From Conidiobolus incongruus B7586 (Eukaryota), in the NCBI GenBank assembly GCA_000697335.1, contig JNEM01012086.1:1-32366 (forward strand): DNA of 32,366 nt, in the 5' to 3' direction. Positions 1 through 11,922 of the stretch are shown piece after piece; position 1 is the stretch's first letter; each line of letters begins with the position of its first letter. Position numbers and translations under genes: made by a program. Below the pieces are notes generated by a model. It made no database searches and was not told the DNA's origin. It saw only the letters and a program-made list of their open reading frames with translations.

Positions 1-158
1 CTTTCGTATCTAGAGTAGGTGAGGAGAGTATATGTTCCAATATATTTATTGGCATATTGGTGGACCATTAGAAAAAATCGAGTACAACTGTCGCTATATG
101 TAAAAAACAAAACCAGCTATGAAATCAGTATTTATATAAAAAATATATTTTTCATAAC

Positions 159-542
159 TTAGGCAGTTTTGGCGCGGACACGGCGTTCCAACATAGCCAA
201 ACGATCTTTGTCAGTCTTGATCTTGGTGACAACAACATTGGAGGGGTGGATACCGAGTTGAACAGTGGCACCGTTGACCTTTTCACGGGTGAGACCTTGG
301 ATGTGGATGACGAACTTCTTACGGTAGACTTGGACAACCTTTCCTTCACGTCCCTTGTGAGTGCCACGGACAACTAAAACTTCATCATCCTTACGGATGG
401 GAACAGAGCGAACGGAATGCTTTTCCTTAAGTTCCTTAGACAAGGAAGCGCTCATGATCTTTTGACGAAGGTGGGAGGGAGCGGAGAAGTGAGCCTTGCG
501 GCACTTTCTGCGGGAGGAGGTAACGTCTTTGCTGAATTTCAT
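159..542 (-). CDS. RPL26: 60S ribosomal protein L26 (uL24), intronless
   Basis: [24 protein letters not shown]...[13 protein letters not shown]...[10 protein letters not shown]...[11 protein letters not shown] is the eukaryotic L26 signature. Confidence 0.98.
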   Translation of the reverse strand: MKFSKDVTSSRRKCRKAHFSAPSHLRQKIMSASLSKELKEKHSVRSVPIRKDDEVLVVRGTHKGREGKVVQVYRKKFVIHIQGLTREKVNGATVQLGIHPSNVVVTKIKTDKDRLAMLERRVRAKTA

Positions 543-682
543 TTTTGGTTATTTGTTTTCTAAAATTAATTCAACGAGTCAAAAGACAAGGAATAACAAC
601 TAAACAACAGTTGTATATTGGGAAAGAGGGATTTCTAATCGAAAAGTTTTCCTCCCCATCAAATTCAAAATTAAAATTTTAT

Positions 683-690
683 TTATGGGA
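683..690 (-). promoter_or_regulatory. TCCCATAA upstream motif (RPL26)
   Basis: Recurrent oriented motif, ~140 bp upstream of the ATG. Confidence 0.6.
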
Positions 691-1242
691 TCAATTGAAT
701 CTAATATCATAATCAACTCTAAATGAAAATGTTATTTCTGAACTTTAAATTTGGTTAATTATTATTGAATTTTTAATTAAATTTTAAAAAGCATACTCTT
801 CTCTGGTTATTTTCATAGTTTAATAATGAATAAATTGCATCTATTAAATGAAACAATCATTACTTATTTCACTTCTTAGCTTTCAATAAACATGATCATT
901 GCACAACTATTTAATTCTTTTATTAATAGCCATTTTTAATGATTTATGGTCAGTTTATTAATACACTGAACTTAAAAATTATTGGTTTAATTAATGTACA
1001 CATTTTTTACAATAATCATTATATCAAATTGATTAATAATTCTAAATATTATTTATATTATAGTGAATATTGTCAAGAGTTATCTATCGAAAAACAAATA
1101 TATATCAAATCCACTATTTTATTTTCCAATCAATTTTTTAGATATAATTTGATAATTTTTACATCAATATAGTAAAGTTATTTAATATATTTTGAATTAT
1201 ATGATTTTTATATTTGGTAAAAATTTAAAAATTCCTATCAAA

Positions 1243-1250
1243 TCCCATAA
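1243..1250 (+). promoter_or_regulatory. TCCCATAA upstream motif (1375 gene)
   Basis: ~125 bp upstream of the ATG, sense orientation. Confidence 0.6.
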
Positions 1251-1374
1251 AAAATTTGAAAACCATGATAATTTTATATATAAATTGGTGACTTGCTAAT
1301 TTAAAAACAATTGTTAGCAAATTAATTCAACTAATTAAATACATTATAATATATCATATATAAATATTTACACT

Positions 1375-2006
1375 ATGAGCTCTAATACACCTTCTAATAA
1401 TAATGCTGCTAAGGGTAATACTTCAAATAAAAGCAACACAAAACCTTTGGTGGATGAAGTCAATAAATTAGACGAATGTCTTAGAGTAATTTTTTCATAT
1501 TAAAATTTGAATAATAAATTAATTCATTGTAACTTTATAGGAAATGGTACTAGCTTCAGGAGATTTAATTATCAACTACTTGTATAGGTATTTATACATA
1601 CATATCCCCTTTTATTTTAGAATAAGAAATAATTTTTATTTTAGCATAGATCCCAATTCTGTAACTTTTCCCAGTAACTCAAATATGAATAACCAAGATG
1701 TTAAAAAATATCCAGTTCAAGAAGAAGTATCAAATCTAGTTAGAGCATTACAGACGGAATGGCAAATGCTAGATGCTGTTTGTGACCAAATGTATTTTAC
1801 TTTAGTAAGTATTTTTAATTGCATTGTTAGTTTAATTCTAAGCACATGGTTTTTAGAGCCATACTAAATCCACATTAGAAGAGGAGCTAAATTTACTTAA
1901 TGGAAACACGCAGAGTAAAAACGAAGAATCTAAAATCAAAGATGATCTCGATTCAACCGACAGAGAAGTTATTAAGAAAATAAGCAAAATCCAGTCTTTA
2001 TTTTAA
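1375..2006 (+). CDS. Small 4-exon protein, possibly Mediator tail subunit Med29/Med2-like
   Basis: Manual splicing gives exons 1375-1485, 1541-1587, 1645-1804 and 1857-2006. All introns are GT-AG and the frame stays open: MSSNTPS...LVDEVNKLDECLREMVLASGDLIINYL...LQTEWQMLDAVCDQMYFTLSHTKSTLEEEL...IQSLF*. The LDAVCDQM helix recalls Med29 (FYALCDQLE). The family call is tentative. Confidence 0.6.
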
Positions 2007-2508
2007 AGCTATATGTAATCAATGTTTTATATTAAACTATCATTTCTTTACTAAATCAATTTGATTTAGCTAGTTTATAATGAAAATAATATTCAAACTT
2101 ATTAATCAAGTTGCTGTTAATATTTGAATTCAGATATTGAATATTCAACATATACAATGATAGATATCGTTAATTATGAAAATAATTGCTTGAGTAATTT
2201 AGATCCTGATTTAATAATTTATTTCGAAAGCTTATTTGTTTCACTAAACTCATTAATTGAATAGATTATCAAATAATTTGAAGTGGTATAAATTAAATTT
2301 TAAATACAACATTGCGGTTCTTAAATATTTATCTCTTAGATATTTCAAACTTAACGATTATAAATGCTTAAATTATGTAATTTTTTAAATAATAATCAAA
2401 TATAACACATTTTCAATAAATCTTTATGTCTAAATTAATTTTATTTTAATAAATAAGTATCAAGATATATATATTCAATATTAATTAGCTTGTTTAATAT
2501 ATAATATA

Positions 2509-3493
2509 TTACCAAGATTTGATTTTTCCTACCAAAAAGTTAATCTGGTTAGTTGTATTTAAATTATCATAAAAGTAGGGTTTGATGTTGGAAGATCTCA
2601 TCCAATCCAAAGTTTCTAGTCTCAACTTATCAACTTCTTGTCTGACAATTTCAGTAACGTGAGCTCTGAGTTGTTCTTTACTCCAATCCGAATAATCAAC
2701 TGTTAACTTATCCTTAATCTTAAATGGTTCACCACAACTAAATACCAATGTTTTTCCAAGTTTAGGGATTTTTTTACGATGCTCTGGTAGTAGATCAGCC
2801 ATACCTAAATCAAATAGCGATTCAATTAATTATTTTGGTAAAAGACATTCTCATATTAAAGGTTACCGGAATGATACATAGGGAGAATGATAGGATCAAT
2901 ATCACTTTCGAGAATGATTCTACCAACACCCCATTTGAAAGGAAGCATCTCTTCTAATTGATTGACTTTACCTTCAGGATATATGTTAACCCATCTAAAG
3001 AATCAGATGATTAAGGTGGAGAATATCAGATTGAATATGTTTTAAATGAAAAGATATGAAATTTAAGTTACCCTCCTCTGTTAATTACTTCAATTGCTTT
3101 GGAGATAGATTCTTGGTACACTCCATCACCTCGGTTAACTGGTATAATCTGTCCAAATTCGAAAAATTTACAACGAAATTCACTTGTGAATAGAATCTCT
3201 CTAGCAGCTAAAGACCATCTCATTTTGTCAGGATTAGCTAGAATTCTAGCGGGAAGTGAGCCCCATAATAGAGGATCTTCAAGTGTCGATGCATGATTTT
3301 GAACAGTTAATAGCGCTTGATTCTTTGGACGATTTTCAATCAAGTTCAATAATCGATCCCGATTAAGCAAATATACCTCATTGCAGCCAAATTTTAAGAA
3401 AGCTTTACATATTAGTCCAACAGCAAGCATTGTAATGCCGGAATAAAGTTTTGGAGGATTTATATTTATTGGGCGATTAGGTAAATAGTTCAT
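2509..3493 (-). CDS. TAZ1: Tafazzin (cardiolipin transacylase), 3 exons
   Basis: HX4D motif [39 protein letters not shown]. The middle exon (2994-2866) encodes [12 protein letters not shown]...[14 protein letters not shown] introns at ~3071-2995 and ~2865-2805. Confidence 0.95.
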
Positions 3494-3592
3494 GGTGAAT
3501 AAATCATTCAGATTCTAAAATTATATTTTTTTTAAAGTACCGGTTTTCAGTTCTTCATTAATTTTTTATGGTTAGATTTAATTAAAATAAAA

Positions 3593-3600
3593 TTATGGGA
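3593..3600 (-). promoter_or_regulatory. TCCCATAA upstream motif (TAZ1)
   Basis: ~100 bp upstream of the ATG, sense orientation. Confidence 0.6.
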
Positions 3601-3883
3601 ATATTTAATGTTGAGTTAACTCATTCTATTCTATAAAATCATATTTATCAAAATTAGAGTAAAATAATGACAGGCTATCTTTAATAACGCGTTTATGTAG
3701 TATATTTTTCATTGCCTAGACAAAATTTATACGCAATAGTGTTAAAAGTAATCAACAACAAATTAACAAATATAAATTATAAATGGATATTAATTAAGTG
3801 TAAATTTTTTAAATTTGATTGAAATTATATTTAATTTATTTACAACAGAAAATTGAAAAAAAAATATATAAAATTTACATAAA

Positions 3884-4786
3884 TTATAATAAAACATTTA
3901 AAGATAATTTCGCATCACCAATTAAAGTTACTGTACAAATATGGTTGGATGGAGAAGAGGGAGTGATTCGACAGGGAAGGCCGTTACATTCGCCCGATTC
4001 ACATTGAAGATCAATTGAGTACAAATTCTTTACTTGAAATGAACGTTTAATATGTTCAGAATTCCATGCCACTGAAACATAAGTGTGGTTAGTTGCACCT
4101 TGACCTGCACCTACCACATAGGGTGCCCAGTTTCCTATGGGTGCTTCACCAGATCCCCATCCGCAACCATGTACAGCCGGGACTCCCGGTGGTTGGAAAT
4201 AATATTGTGCTAATGTATTCAACCAATAGGTTTTTGGTGGCACTGTCAGGGGCTGCTGGTTTTTGGAACCCACCTCAGTAGGAATTAACATAACTTCATT
4301 TCCTGGATAAACTGTTTGACATGCTGCAACAGAATCTGGTAAATGATTTTTAATAACGACATTATTCAATCCCTGCTGACATAGTGGTATTGTAGGAAAT
4401 GGCTTGATTAGTGTCCCTTTATGACATAATAATCCTCCATTAAGAGATCCACATGAAGGTCCAAAAGCACACTTTGCATCGGGGTCCCATTGTGCGCTAT
4501 AATAACCAGGAGCACATGCATACGTACACCATCTTCCATGATTGCATTTCTCGTGAGGAGACAGGGCCCAGCCCTTGTTATTTAAATGTGGCGTTACTGG
4601 AGTAATCAGAGGATCACTGACTAGCGAACATTCTGCATCCGAAGATTCGCTCACTGTGTTCAAGTGGGATAGATCAACTTCTCCAGTTGATGGTAAGACA
4701 TCTGACATTGTGTCTAATAGATCGGAAGTGAACTTTGCAATACCTCCCAATCCAAATTTTAACAAAAACAAAATCCAGCAATTCAT
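3884..4786 (-). CDS. Secreted SUN-family (GH132) beta-glucanase-like protein
   Basis: Hydrophobic N-terminus followed by SUN motifs CTYACAPGY..AQW, GGLLC, CQTVYPGNEVMLIPT, AQYY..PPGV, GCGWG, IGNWAPYVVGAG and CNGLPC. Confidence 0.88.
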   Translation of the reverse strand: MNCWILFLLKFGLGGIAKFTSDLLDTMSDVLPSTGEVDLSHLNTVSESSDAECSLVSDPLITPVTPHLNNKGWALSPHEKCNHGRWCTYACAPGYYSAQWDPDAKCAFGPSCGSLNGGLLCHKGTLIKPFPTIPLCQQGLNNVVIKNHLPDSVAACQTVYPGNEVMLIPTEVGSKNQQPLTVPPKTYWLNTLAQYYFQPPGVPAVHGCGWGSGEAPIGNWAPYVVGAGQGATNHTYVSVAWNSEHIKRSFQVKNLYSIDLQCESGECNGLPCRITPSSPSNHICTVTLIGDAKLSLNVLL

Positions 4787-5289
4787 TATTTCTTGAGGTT
4801 CATTTAATAATTATTCATCATAAATATCAAACAAAAACCAGTTGAAAATCAAATATAATACCTTTATATACTATATGTACATCTATAACAATCATTCTTA
4901 AGATTCCTAATTTGCAAGAGGATGCTTAGTCAAACAAATTACTATCGTAATAATGATAAGTTCTATTTGTTTCAACTATTTGAAACTAAATTTCCTAATC
5001 AATTATTTTCAATTGAAATTTATTCCATTTACTGTATTTATATATATTATTAAATTTATGAAGTTACAACAAAAAAAATCTCCGATTGAATACTTTATCC
5101 ACTTTATATCAGATATGTTACTATCAATAATTATATGTTTATATATTAATTTATATATGACGTTTACTGTTAGAAGAATAGTATAATCAAGTAGTATAAT
5201 TAATCTTTGTTTCAAAGATATAATATTATCATTTGAATAAAAAACATAATGTAAGAAAGATTAATGTTGTAATGATATTTAATGGTTAT

Positions 5290-5817
5290 TTAGTATGTTT
5301 CATACAGAATAGTGATAATTAAAGTAAAAATAGTCAAATACAAAGATTGAGTTAATTGATTTGACCCTGACTTGGCATCAGCATCAGAATTAGGAACTGG
5401 AGAAGGTATACTATAATAGCTTATTAATTATATTTTCAATGCTTTAAAGTAATTCGTTACCTTTCAAATTCATTCACTGCGGTTGTAGCGGTATCGGATG
5501 ATGCATCCTTCAGGAGGGTCATCGTTGGATTGGTGCTGGAAGTAGTAGTAGGCAATTCTTCTAACTCAAACAAATATTAATACACAAATATTATTAAATT
5601 CTATTAGATTACCTCTAGAGCTTGGGTTACCCCTTGCAGTCCCTTGTAAGCTGTTTGGACTAACAGTTGGTATTGTTTGTTGCTTACTTTGTGACGATGC
5701 AGCAGCTTCCATTTGAGAGGCTAAAACATCACGAATTGATGAAGGGAAAATATTCATCATATCAAATTGTGCCTTGATAGGTAAGACAATAGTAATCAAT
5801 AGTAATAATAATTTCAT
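5290..5817 (-). CDS. Small Ser/Thr-rich secreted protein with predicted GPI-anchor signal, 3 exons
   Basis: Exons 5817-5613, 5560-5461 and 5410-5290 are joined by GT-AG introns. Signal peptide MKLLLLLITIVLPIKA, S/T-rich middle, C-terminus ...DAKSGSNQLTQSLYLTIFTLIITILYETY* (small residues, spacer, hydrophobic tail). Confidence 0.75.
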
Positions 5818-7603
5818 CTTGATAGAGTTGGATAATAATAAAATACACTCTGATTATTATTAAATATCAGTATTTAAGTATTTATATGAAATGGAAACTT
5901 GATCAATATTTTGAAAGAATATAAATTCAATTTATCATTCTTACTGATAAATTATTCAATCAGCTTATTAACCTATATTAAATAAATAATAAATAATATT
6001 TTGAAGTATTATATATTTTCTTTTCAAATTATAATATATCAATGAATCATCTCAGTAACTTAAATAATATCAATATATCATTGAACTTATTTAACATAAA
6101 TGATATTGAAATCCCATTATAACATCACCTGTATTGAATAAATTTTTTAACATATCAAAACAATATAAATTAATTTGAACATATATCATAAAATTTATAA
6201 TTTAATCCAATACACAATACTCAATTCAAACAATCTATATTATATATCCCACTTATATACTCACTATTATTATCAACTCATATAAATTGAGACAAATTTG
6301 GCTAGTAAATATACACCATTATAATTTAAAAACTATTCATATTATTCTGAATATTAATCTTTGAAATAATGGTATTATACCTATTTAAAATTTAGGAAAT
6401 ATTTAATATTAGAATTATTATATATTATATATTATATATTATTCTTACATTAATTTTAATTGAATTCGAAATTGATTATGGGATAATAACGATTTCAATA
6501 ATATAATTCTATATAATTGAAATCATTAATAAAACAAAATTATTGTAAAAATAACTAAAATAATAATAGTTAAATAATAATATTTAGTTTTTAAATATAT
6601 CTGAATTTCCAAATTTACATAATTTTTATAAGCTCTACCCATTTTGCTAACCTTACACAAACATTTTATAACTCAGATATTCAGTAATAAGATTGTTAGA
6701 ATTATAAATTCAAACCAAATGAAGAGATATTATTAAGAGATTAAAACACCCATATGCTATCATTTTAATTAATATCAATTCGACGTTAATATAAAAAATT
6801 TAATTTTATAGAATTTATTAATCTATAAAACATATCAAATTTTTCGGTATAAATATCTGTTCACAAATTATTGGGAATACAATGTTTTTATCAAAAGCAA
6901 AGCCAAAAATTACTATATGAATTTGTAAATCATATGATCCTTAATTCTTTCTAATTATTTTCATTAATTTCGAACGGAGTATTCAGTAACACTCATAATT
7001 TTATGAACAATAAGAACTTTAAATCTGATATTTAAAAATGTTCATTTAACAAAATATTCTATATATTAGAATGATGGCAGTTTATAGTATTATATATTAA
7101 TAAAATATCGTAAATTAAAAATATCATTAAAATTAATAATTGTTATCAGATGATCCATTATATGAATTTTTTATTGTTATTTATACCTAAAGTGATCAAA
7201 AGTAGGAGTCCAAATTTATTGATTTAACGCCCCAAATATCAAACGTATTAATTTTTGACAAACTCTGATTAAGAAAAAAAATCTTGAAAATTAAAACCCG
7301 ACATTCGGTTAGTTTTATAGCACTTGACACAAGAACTAAGCAATAAATATATTACAAAGAACATAAAAAATTAATATTATAATCTAGATCTATATATTAT
7401 TTGGTTATATCACATGATTCGTCCAATATTTTAGCTATTTTTACATCTTTATCAACCGATTCTAGTTTATCAAATATTAATATATAACGGCAAATTGGAA
7501 AAAAAGTTGGATATTTAAGTAAATTTTAGTTTGTTTTAGATTTTTATTTTCATTAAAATTATCAAAAATTATTGCAATTGTGGAAATAGATAATATTCAA
7601 AGA

Positions 7604-7622
7604 ATATATATATATATATATA
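7604..7622. repeat. (AT)n microsatellite
   Basis: Directly visible ATATAT run. Confidence 0.8.
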
Positions 7623-7921
7623 ATTGATATAATAAATTCACGCAATAAACATATATTGATTATATTACTTTAAATCCTAGTCAAAAAGAAATATTAACAT
7701 TTGCTAGTTCATTAAATTGACAATTTAGGAGATTTAATTGACCTCAATTCTCACTGATACAAGTTTAAAAAATAAATTTGATGAATTTGTGACGTAGTGT
7801 GTAACTAATATTAAAAGTATATAAACACCATGAGATCTTATCAATTCGTTTTAAATTTAATACCAAAAAATTATCAAAATAATCTTATCTCTTTGAGTTT
7901 ATTAATTTTTATTAAATTCAA

Positions 7922-9358
7922 ATGGTTGAATTTCATTGTAGCTCTTTAAGTAGATATCAGCCTCCTTCAGGTGTGTTTAGCCCTGAACAAGAGAGTGCTT
8001 TGCAGACTTTGAATGGTCAATTCAACATCTCTGATGAAGTCACTTCTAAAATTATGGATGCTTTAAATAACGCTATGGACCAAGGCCTCCAGGGAACTGG
8101 CCAGGGTTTACTTATGGAACCTTCATATGTTACCGGAAGAGCCACCGGCCAAGAAAAGGGTCATTATCTCGCACTTGACTTTGGTGGATCTAATTTGCGT
8201 GTTTGCTTAGTCCAACTCCAAGGAAATCATATCGTCAATATGGAGCAAGGAAAGCACAAGTTCAGTGATGCTATGAGAAGAGTGCCAGGCGAAGAGTTGT
8301 TTGGGCAAATTGCTGATTTCATTAATACTTTCATAACTGAGCAGCGCCAGATTGGCAATCTTCCTCAAAATCAAGAAACTGCTTTGAATTTAGGTTTTAC
8401 TTTCTCTTTCCCTATGCGCCAGCAGAACATTGCATCCGGTGTACTTGTCCGTTGGACTAAAGGCTTCGAAAATGTCGACGTTCACGGAAAGGATGTCGTT
8501 CAGCTCTTACAAAAAGCCTTAGATGATCGCGGCGTTTGGGTCAAAGTCAATGCGATTGTTAATGACACTGTTGGTACTTTGGCTGCAAGCGGATACGCTA
8601 ACCCTTCCAGTCAAATTGGGTTAATTTTGGGTACTGGTACTAATGCTGCCTATTATGAGCTCACTGAAAAGATTACCAAACTTGACCCTGAGGTTGCCAA
8701 AGCTTCAAAGGAAATGATCATCAACATGGAGTGGGGTGCATTTGACGATGAGAAGAAAGTCTTACCCCTGAACGAGTTCGACCACGAGATGGACTCCTTA
8801 ACATGGAATCCCAATCAACAGATCTTTGAAAAGACCATTTCTGGATGGTATTTGGGAGAAATATTCAGATTGATTATGAAGAAGTATATTTCTCAAGGTA
8901 TTATCTTTAACGGCAAGTCTTCTCCTAAATTCGACACTTTTGAAGGCATTGACACCGCATTTTTGTCCGAAATCTTGGATGATCATAGTCAAGACCTTAA
9001 AACTGTTGGCGAAGTATTGGAAAAGAAGTTAGGAATTCCAGAAACAACCACTTTAGCTGATCGTATCTTTGCCAAGAAGGTTACCGATTTGATTGGTTTC
9101 CGTGCCGCCAAACTCGCTGGTATCGGTGTTGCCACTGTATTATTACACCGTAAAGATCTTTTGACTAAATTAGTTACTGTTGGTGTCGATGGATCCCTTT
9201 ATGAATTCTTCCCCTTCTTCCAAGCCTGGATGAACGAATCAACACGCAGATTATTAGGTCCAGAATACTCTAAAAATGTCAAGTTTACTCTTACCAAAGA
9301 TGGTAGTGGTATTGGCGCTGCCTTGGCATCGATGACTGCTGCTAACAACAAGGTATGA
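7922..9358 (+). CDS. HXK: Hexokinase, intronless
   Basis: YLALDFGGSNLRV, LGFTFSFP, RWTKGF, VNDTVGT, ILGTGTNAAY, INMEWGAFD, FEKTISG.YLGE, VDGSLYE, DGSGIGAA. Confidence 0.97.
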   Translation: MVEFHCSSLSRYQPPSGVFSPEQESALQTLNGQFNISDEVTSKIMDALNNAMDQGLQGTGQGLLMEPSYVTGRATGQEKGHYLALDFGGSNLRVCLVQLQGNHIVNMEQGKHKFSDAMRRVPGEELFGQIADFINTFITEQRQIGNLPQNQETALNLGFTFSFPMRQQNIASGVLVRWTKGFENVDVHGKDVVQLLQKALDDRGVWVKVNAIVNDTVGTLAASGYANPSSQIGLILGTGTNAAYYELTEKITKLDPEVAKASKEMIINMEWGAFDDEKKVLPLNEFDHEMDSLTWNPNQQIFEKTISGWYLGEIFRLIMKKYISQGIIFNGKSSPKFDTFEGIDTAFLSEILDDHSQDLKTVGEVLEKKLGIPETTTLADRIFAKKVTDLIGFRAAKLAGIGVATVLLHRKDLLTKLVTVGVDGSLYEFFPFFQAWMNESTRRLLGPEYSKNVKFTLTKDGSGIGAALASMTAANNKV

Positions 9359-10195
9359 TTTTCATTTAAAGTCGTCCTGATTTCTGATTTTCTCATCATT
9401 GTACATTGATTAACATTGAATAGCTATACAATGCTAAATCAAATCTTTAATATCTGGTTCATATTTTTGAATAAAAATTGATTGATAACTACACCGAAAC
9501 CTATTTATTTACATGAAAATTCAATTTCACTTAAATTTAGTTATTGTGCTCTATCACTATTATCATTTATTAGCCCATTAATGAAATGATACATATAATA
9601 TTTCAACATAAAATTTTATTGTCATATCATCAATGAAATCTTTTCATCATTTATTTTTTTAACTCTATATTCTAAATGATATTTATCAATTTACAGTGTG
9701 TCCAAACATTTAATGTTTATTTTATAGATTCAACCATTTTAATATATGATATAAAATTTATTATTATAATAATTTGCAAACAATATTTGTAATTTTTTGA
9801 TCAATATTAAATCCTTTCATGTTAATATAATGAATAATCTTATTTTATATTTTTATATCATCTTAATCAAAATATAATATTTAACAAAATAAAATATTCG
9901 AATTTTAACGAATTAATAGAGCATGTAACATAATAAAAATTATAGAAATTTGAATGATTTCATAAATTGTTAGTGTCTGACTAATAGGATTAATTTATCG
10001 AAATTAATGATAATTCTATAATTTTATTTTTACTAATGTAATATGCTGATTTGACAAAACATTTTTATAATTATATACTGATAATAGCTAATACTATTGT
10101 AACGAATGTAATGATTAAATTAACAAATCAATTTATTTGTCAAATTTAACGAATTGGATAATTTGAATAGTGTTGAATTTTGAAGAGAAGGGTAT

Positions 10196-11301
10196 TTAGT
10201 TCTTAGCAGTGAGACCTAAATAAATAATATTAATATATGATCTATAAACATAATCAATTTAAATTACGTTCAACTTCTTGGATAGCTTCCTTGAGGATTT
10301 GATCTTGCTATAATTAAACTATTTAGTATATTGATCTTTGATAATTATATAAAAATTTACCAATTTGGGATCCTTCAAAGCAGCTTCAATATTGCTGATA
10401 ACGGTGTTGGATAAATCACGTTGTTCACGTTCACGGAGGGAGTTTTCATAACGAACCCAGGAGTCCAAGACGGACTTGACTTCACTGGCAACAGCAACTT
10501 GTTGCTTAAGTTCGAAAATCTTAGCTTGAGTTTCGGCAATTTCCTATATATTAAATATTAAATACTAATATATTAACTAAATATTGAAATAAAAACCTTG
10601 GACATGGCGAATAAGTCCTTAGTGACGGGAACAATATCAGCCAATTGAGAAGCTTCATCAATGCGGACTTGAACCTTTTCTTTGTGTTCAACACGGGCAT
10701 CAGTCATAATTTGATTGATGTTCTACAGTTGAGCCATTAATCAACATTACTCGATTTTATAATAAATCAAAATAATACCTTCAAACGAGCTTCAGCCCAT
10801 TCGCTATAGGGTTCACGAATAGTCTTGTACAAATAACCAATAACGAAGGCAAAACTAGCCAAAACTAAGGATTCTTCGTTGATGATGTAAATATCTTGGG
10901 AGATGAGGTAAGTGGCAGCACCAGCACCAGCGGTGAGGTAACCAGCCTTAGCAGCAATACTTTCTCCGGGTAAGACATCGAGGGCGCTGGAGGTCTTAGC
11001 AGGGGCTGAAAATTGAAATTAAAGTTAAATTCACGCATTTGATATGAATTGATTTGAAAATTATACCAGTCTTTTCAGTGCTCATGGCACGGACGCTATT
11101 AAGATAATTAAATCAGTTTTATGTTAAATTAAATTATCATCGATATTAAATACCCATTGTAGGCGGGGAGTCTCAAAGAGTTGGCAAGAGTGGCGGTATT
11201 CTTAGAGCCTATTAAAGATGATAAATTCAGTAAACTTATAAATGATTGAAAATGATGAATGAATTACTCTTGGCAATGGAACGTAAGATTTGGGAAGACA
11301 T
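10196..11301 (-). CDS. ATP4: Mitochondrial ATP synthase subunit b (subunit 4), 8 exons; absent from the ORF track
   Basis: Manual splicing across 7 GT-AG introns gives the presequence MSSQILRSIAKSSKNTATLANSLRLP, then ...SALDVLPGESIAAKAGYLTAGAGAATYLISQDIYIINEESLVL...EVKSVLDSWVRYENSLREREQR...QDQILKEAIQEVERLTAKN*. Confidence 0.93.
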
Positions 11302-11486
11302 TGTGATAGAAAGTGGCAAAATATCTGTAAAATCACGTGGTTAATAAGATGAACTTATGTCAATTGAGTTGAATATTCTAATGATGACTGATATTGGTAT
11401 ATGTCACTCACAATTAAATCACCTTGAACTGAGTTCAGAATTGATGTTTCACTACACTATTGATCTTCATATACTTTTGCTATATT

Positions 11487-11494
11487 TTATGGGA
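11487..11494 (-). promoter_or_regulatory. TCCCATAA upstream motif (ATP4)
   Basis: ~185 bp upstream of the ATG, sense orientation. Confidence 0.6.
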
Positions 11495-11922
11495 TTATAT
11501 TAATTTATCTGATAAATTTATTTTTAATATATTTAGTCATAAATAGTAATATTAAAGTATTTGATTTGTATTAAATCTTTTTTATCAAAGAATTAATATC
11601 TTATATAATTTTTTCAATATTTTTATCTAACTTTATACATATATATTTCATATATAATGAATTTTTAGTTTAAATCAATTCTAACACTATTTATATAATT
11701 AAAGTAATTATCTGATCAAACAATAGATATTCAATTTATTTTTATTTGAATTATCACTTTACCTTAATATCAAATAGCAAAAATCAAAATTTTCTATAAT
11801 ATTTTTAAGAATCTTTATTTATATCAATAAGCATGCTTTTTAAATTTACTAAAAAATAATTTTTATTTAGAATTTCAAGCTATAAAATTTCAAAGGTATA
11901 TAATTAGTTTACTCTTATTAAA

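Noticed and set aside
1..105. Coding-like sequence at the window start
   Set aside because: Too short and truncated to assign a strand, frame or product.
152..373. ORFs overlapping real genes in other frames or strands (also 3099, 3819, 4093, 4575, 8798, 9199, 13629, 13661, 21959, 22666, 24327, 25665, 25771, 26277, 26330, 26368)
   Set aside because: Shadow ORFs of well-supported genes with no independent evidence.
939..1172. I/N/Y/F/K-rich ORFs (also 4953, 5009, 16824, 17444, 20815, 27643, 31398)
   Set aside because: Their composition reflects AT-rich non-coding DNA or the antisense strand of real exons.
9692..9707. TACAGTGTGTCCAAAC, resembling a Tc1/mariner terminal repeat
   Set aside because: No inverted partner or transposase relic was found nearby.
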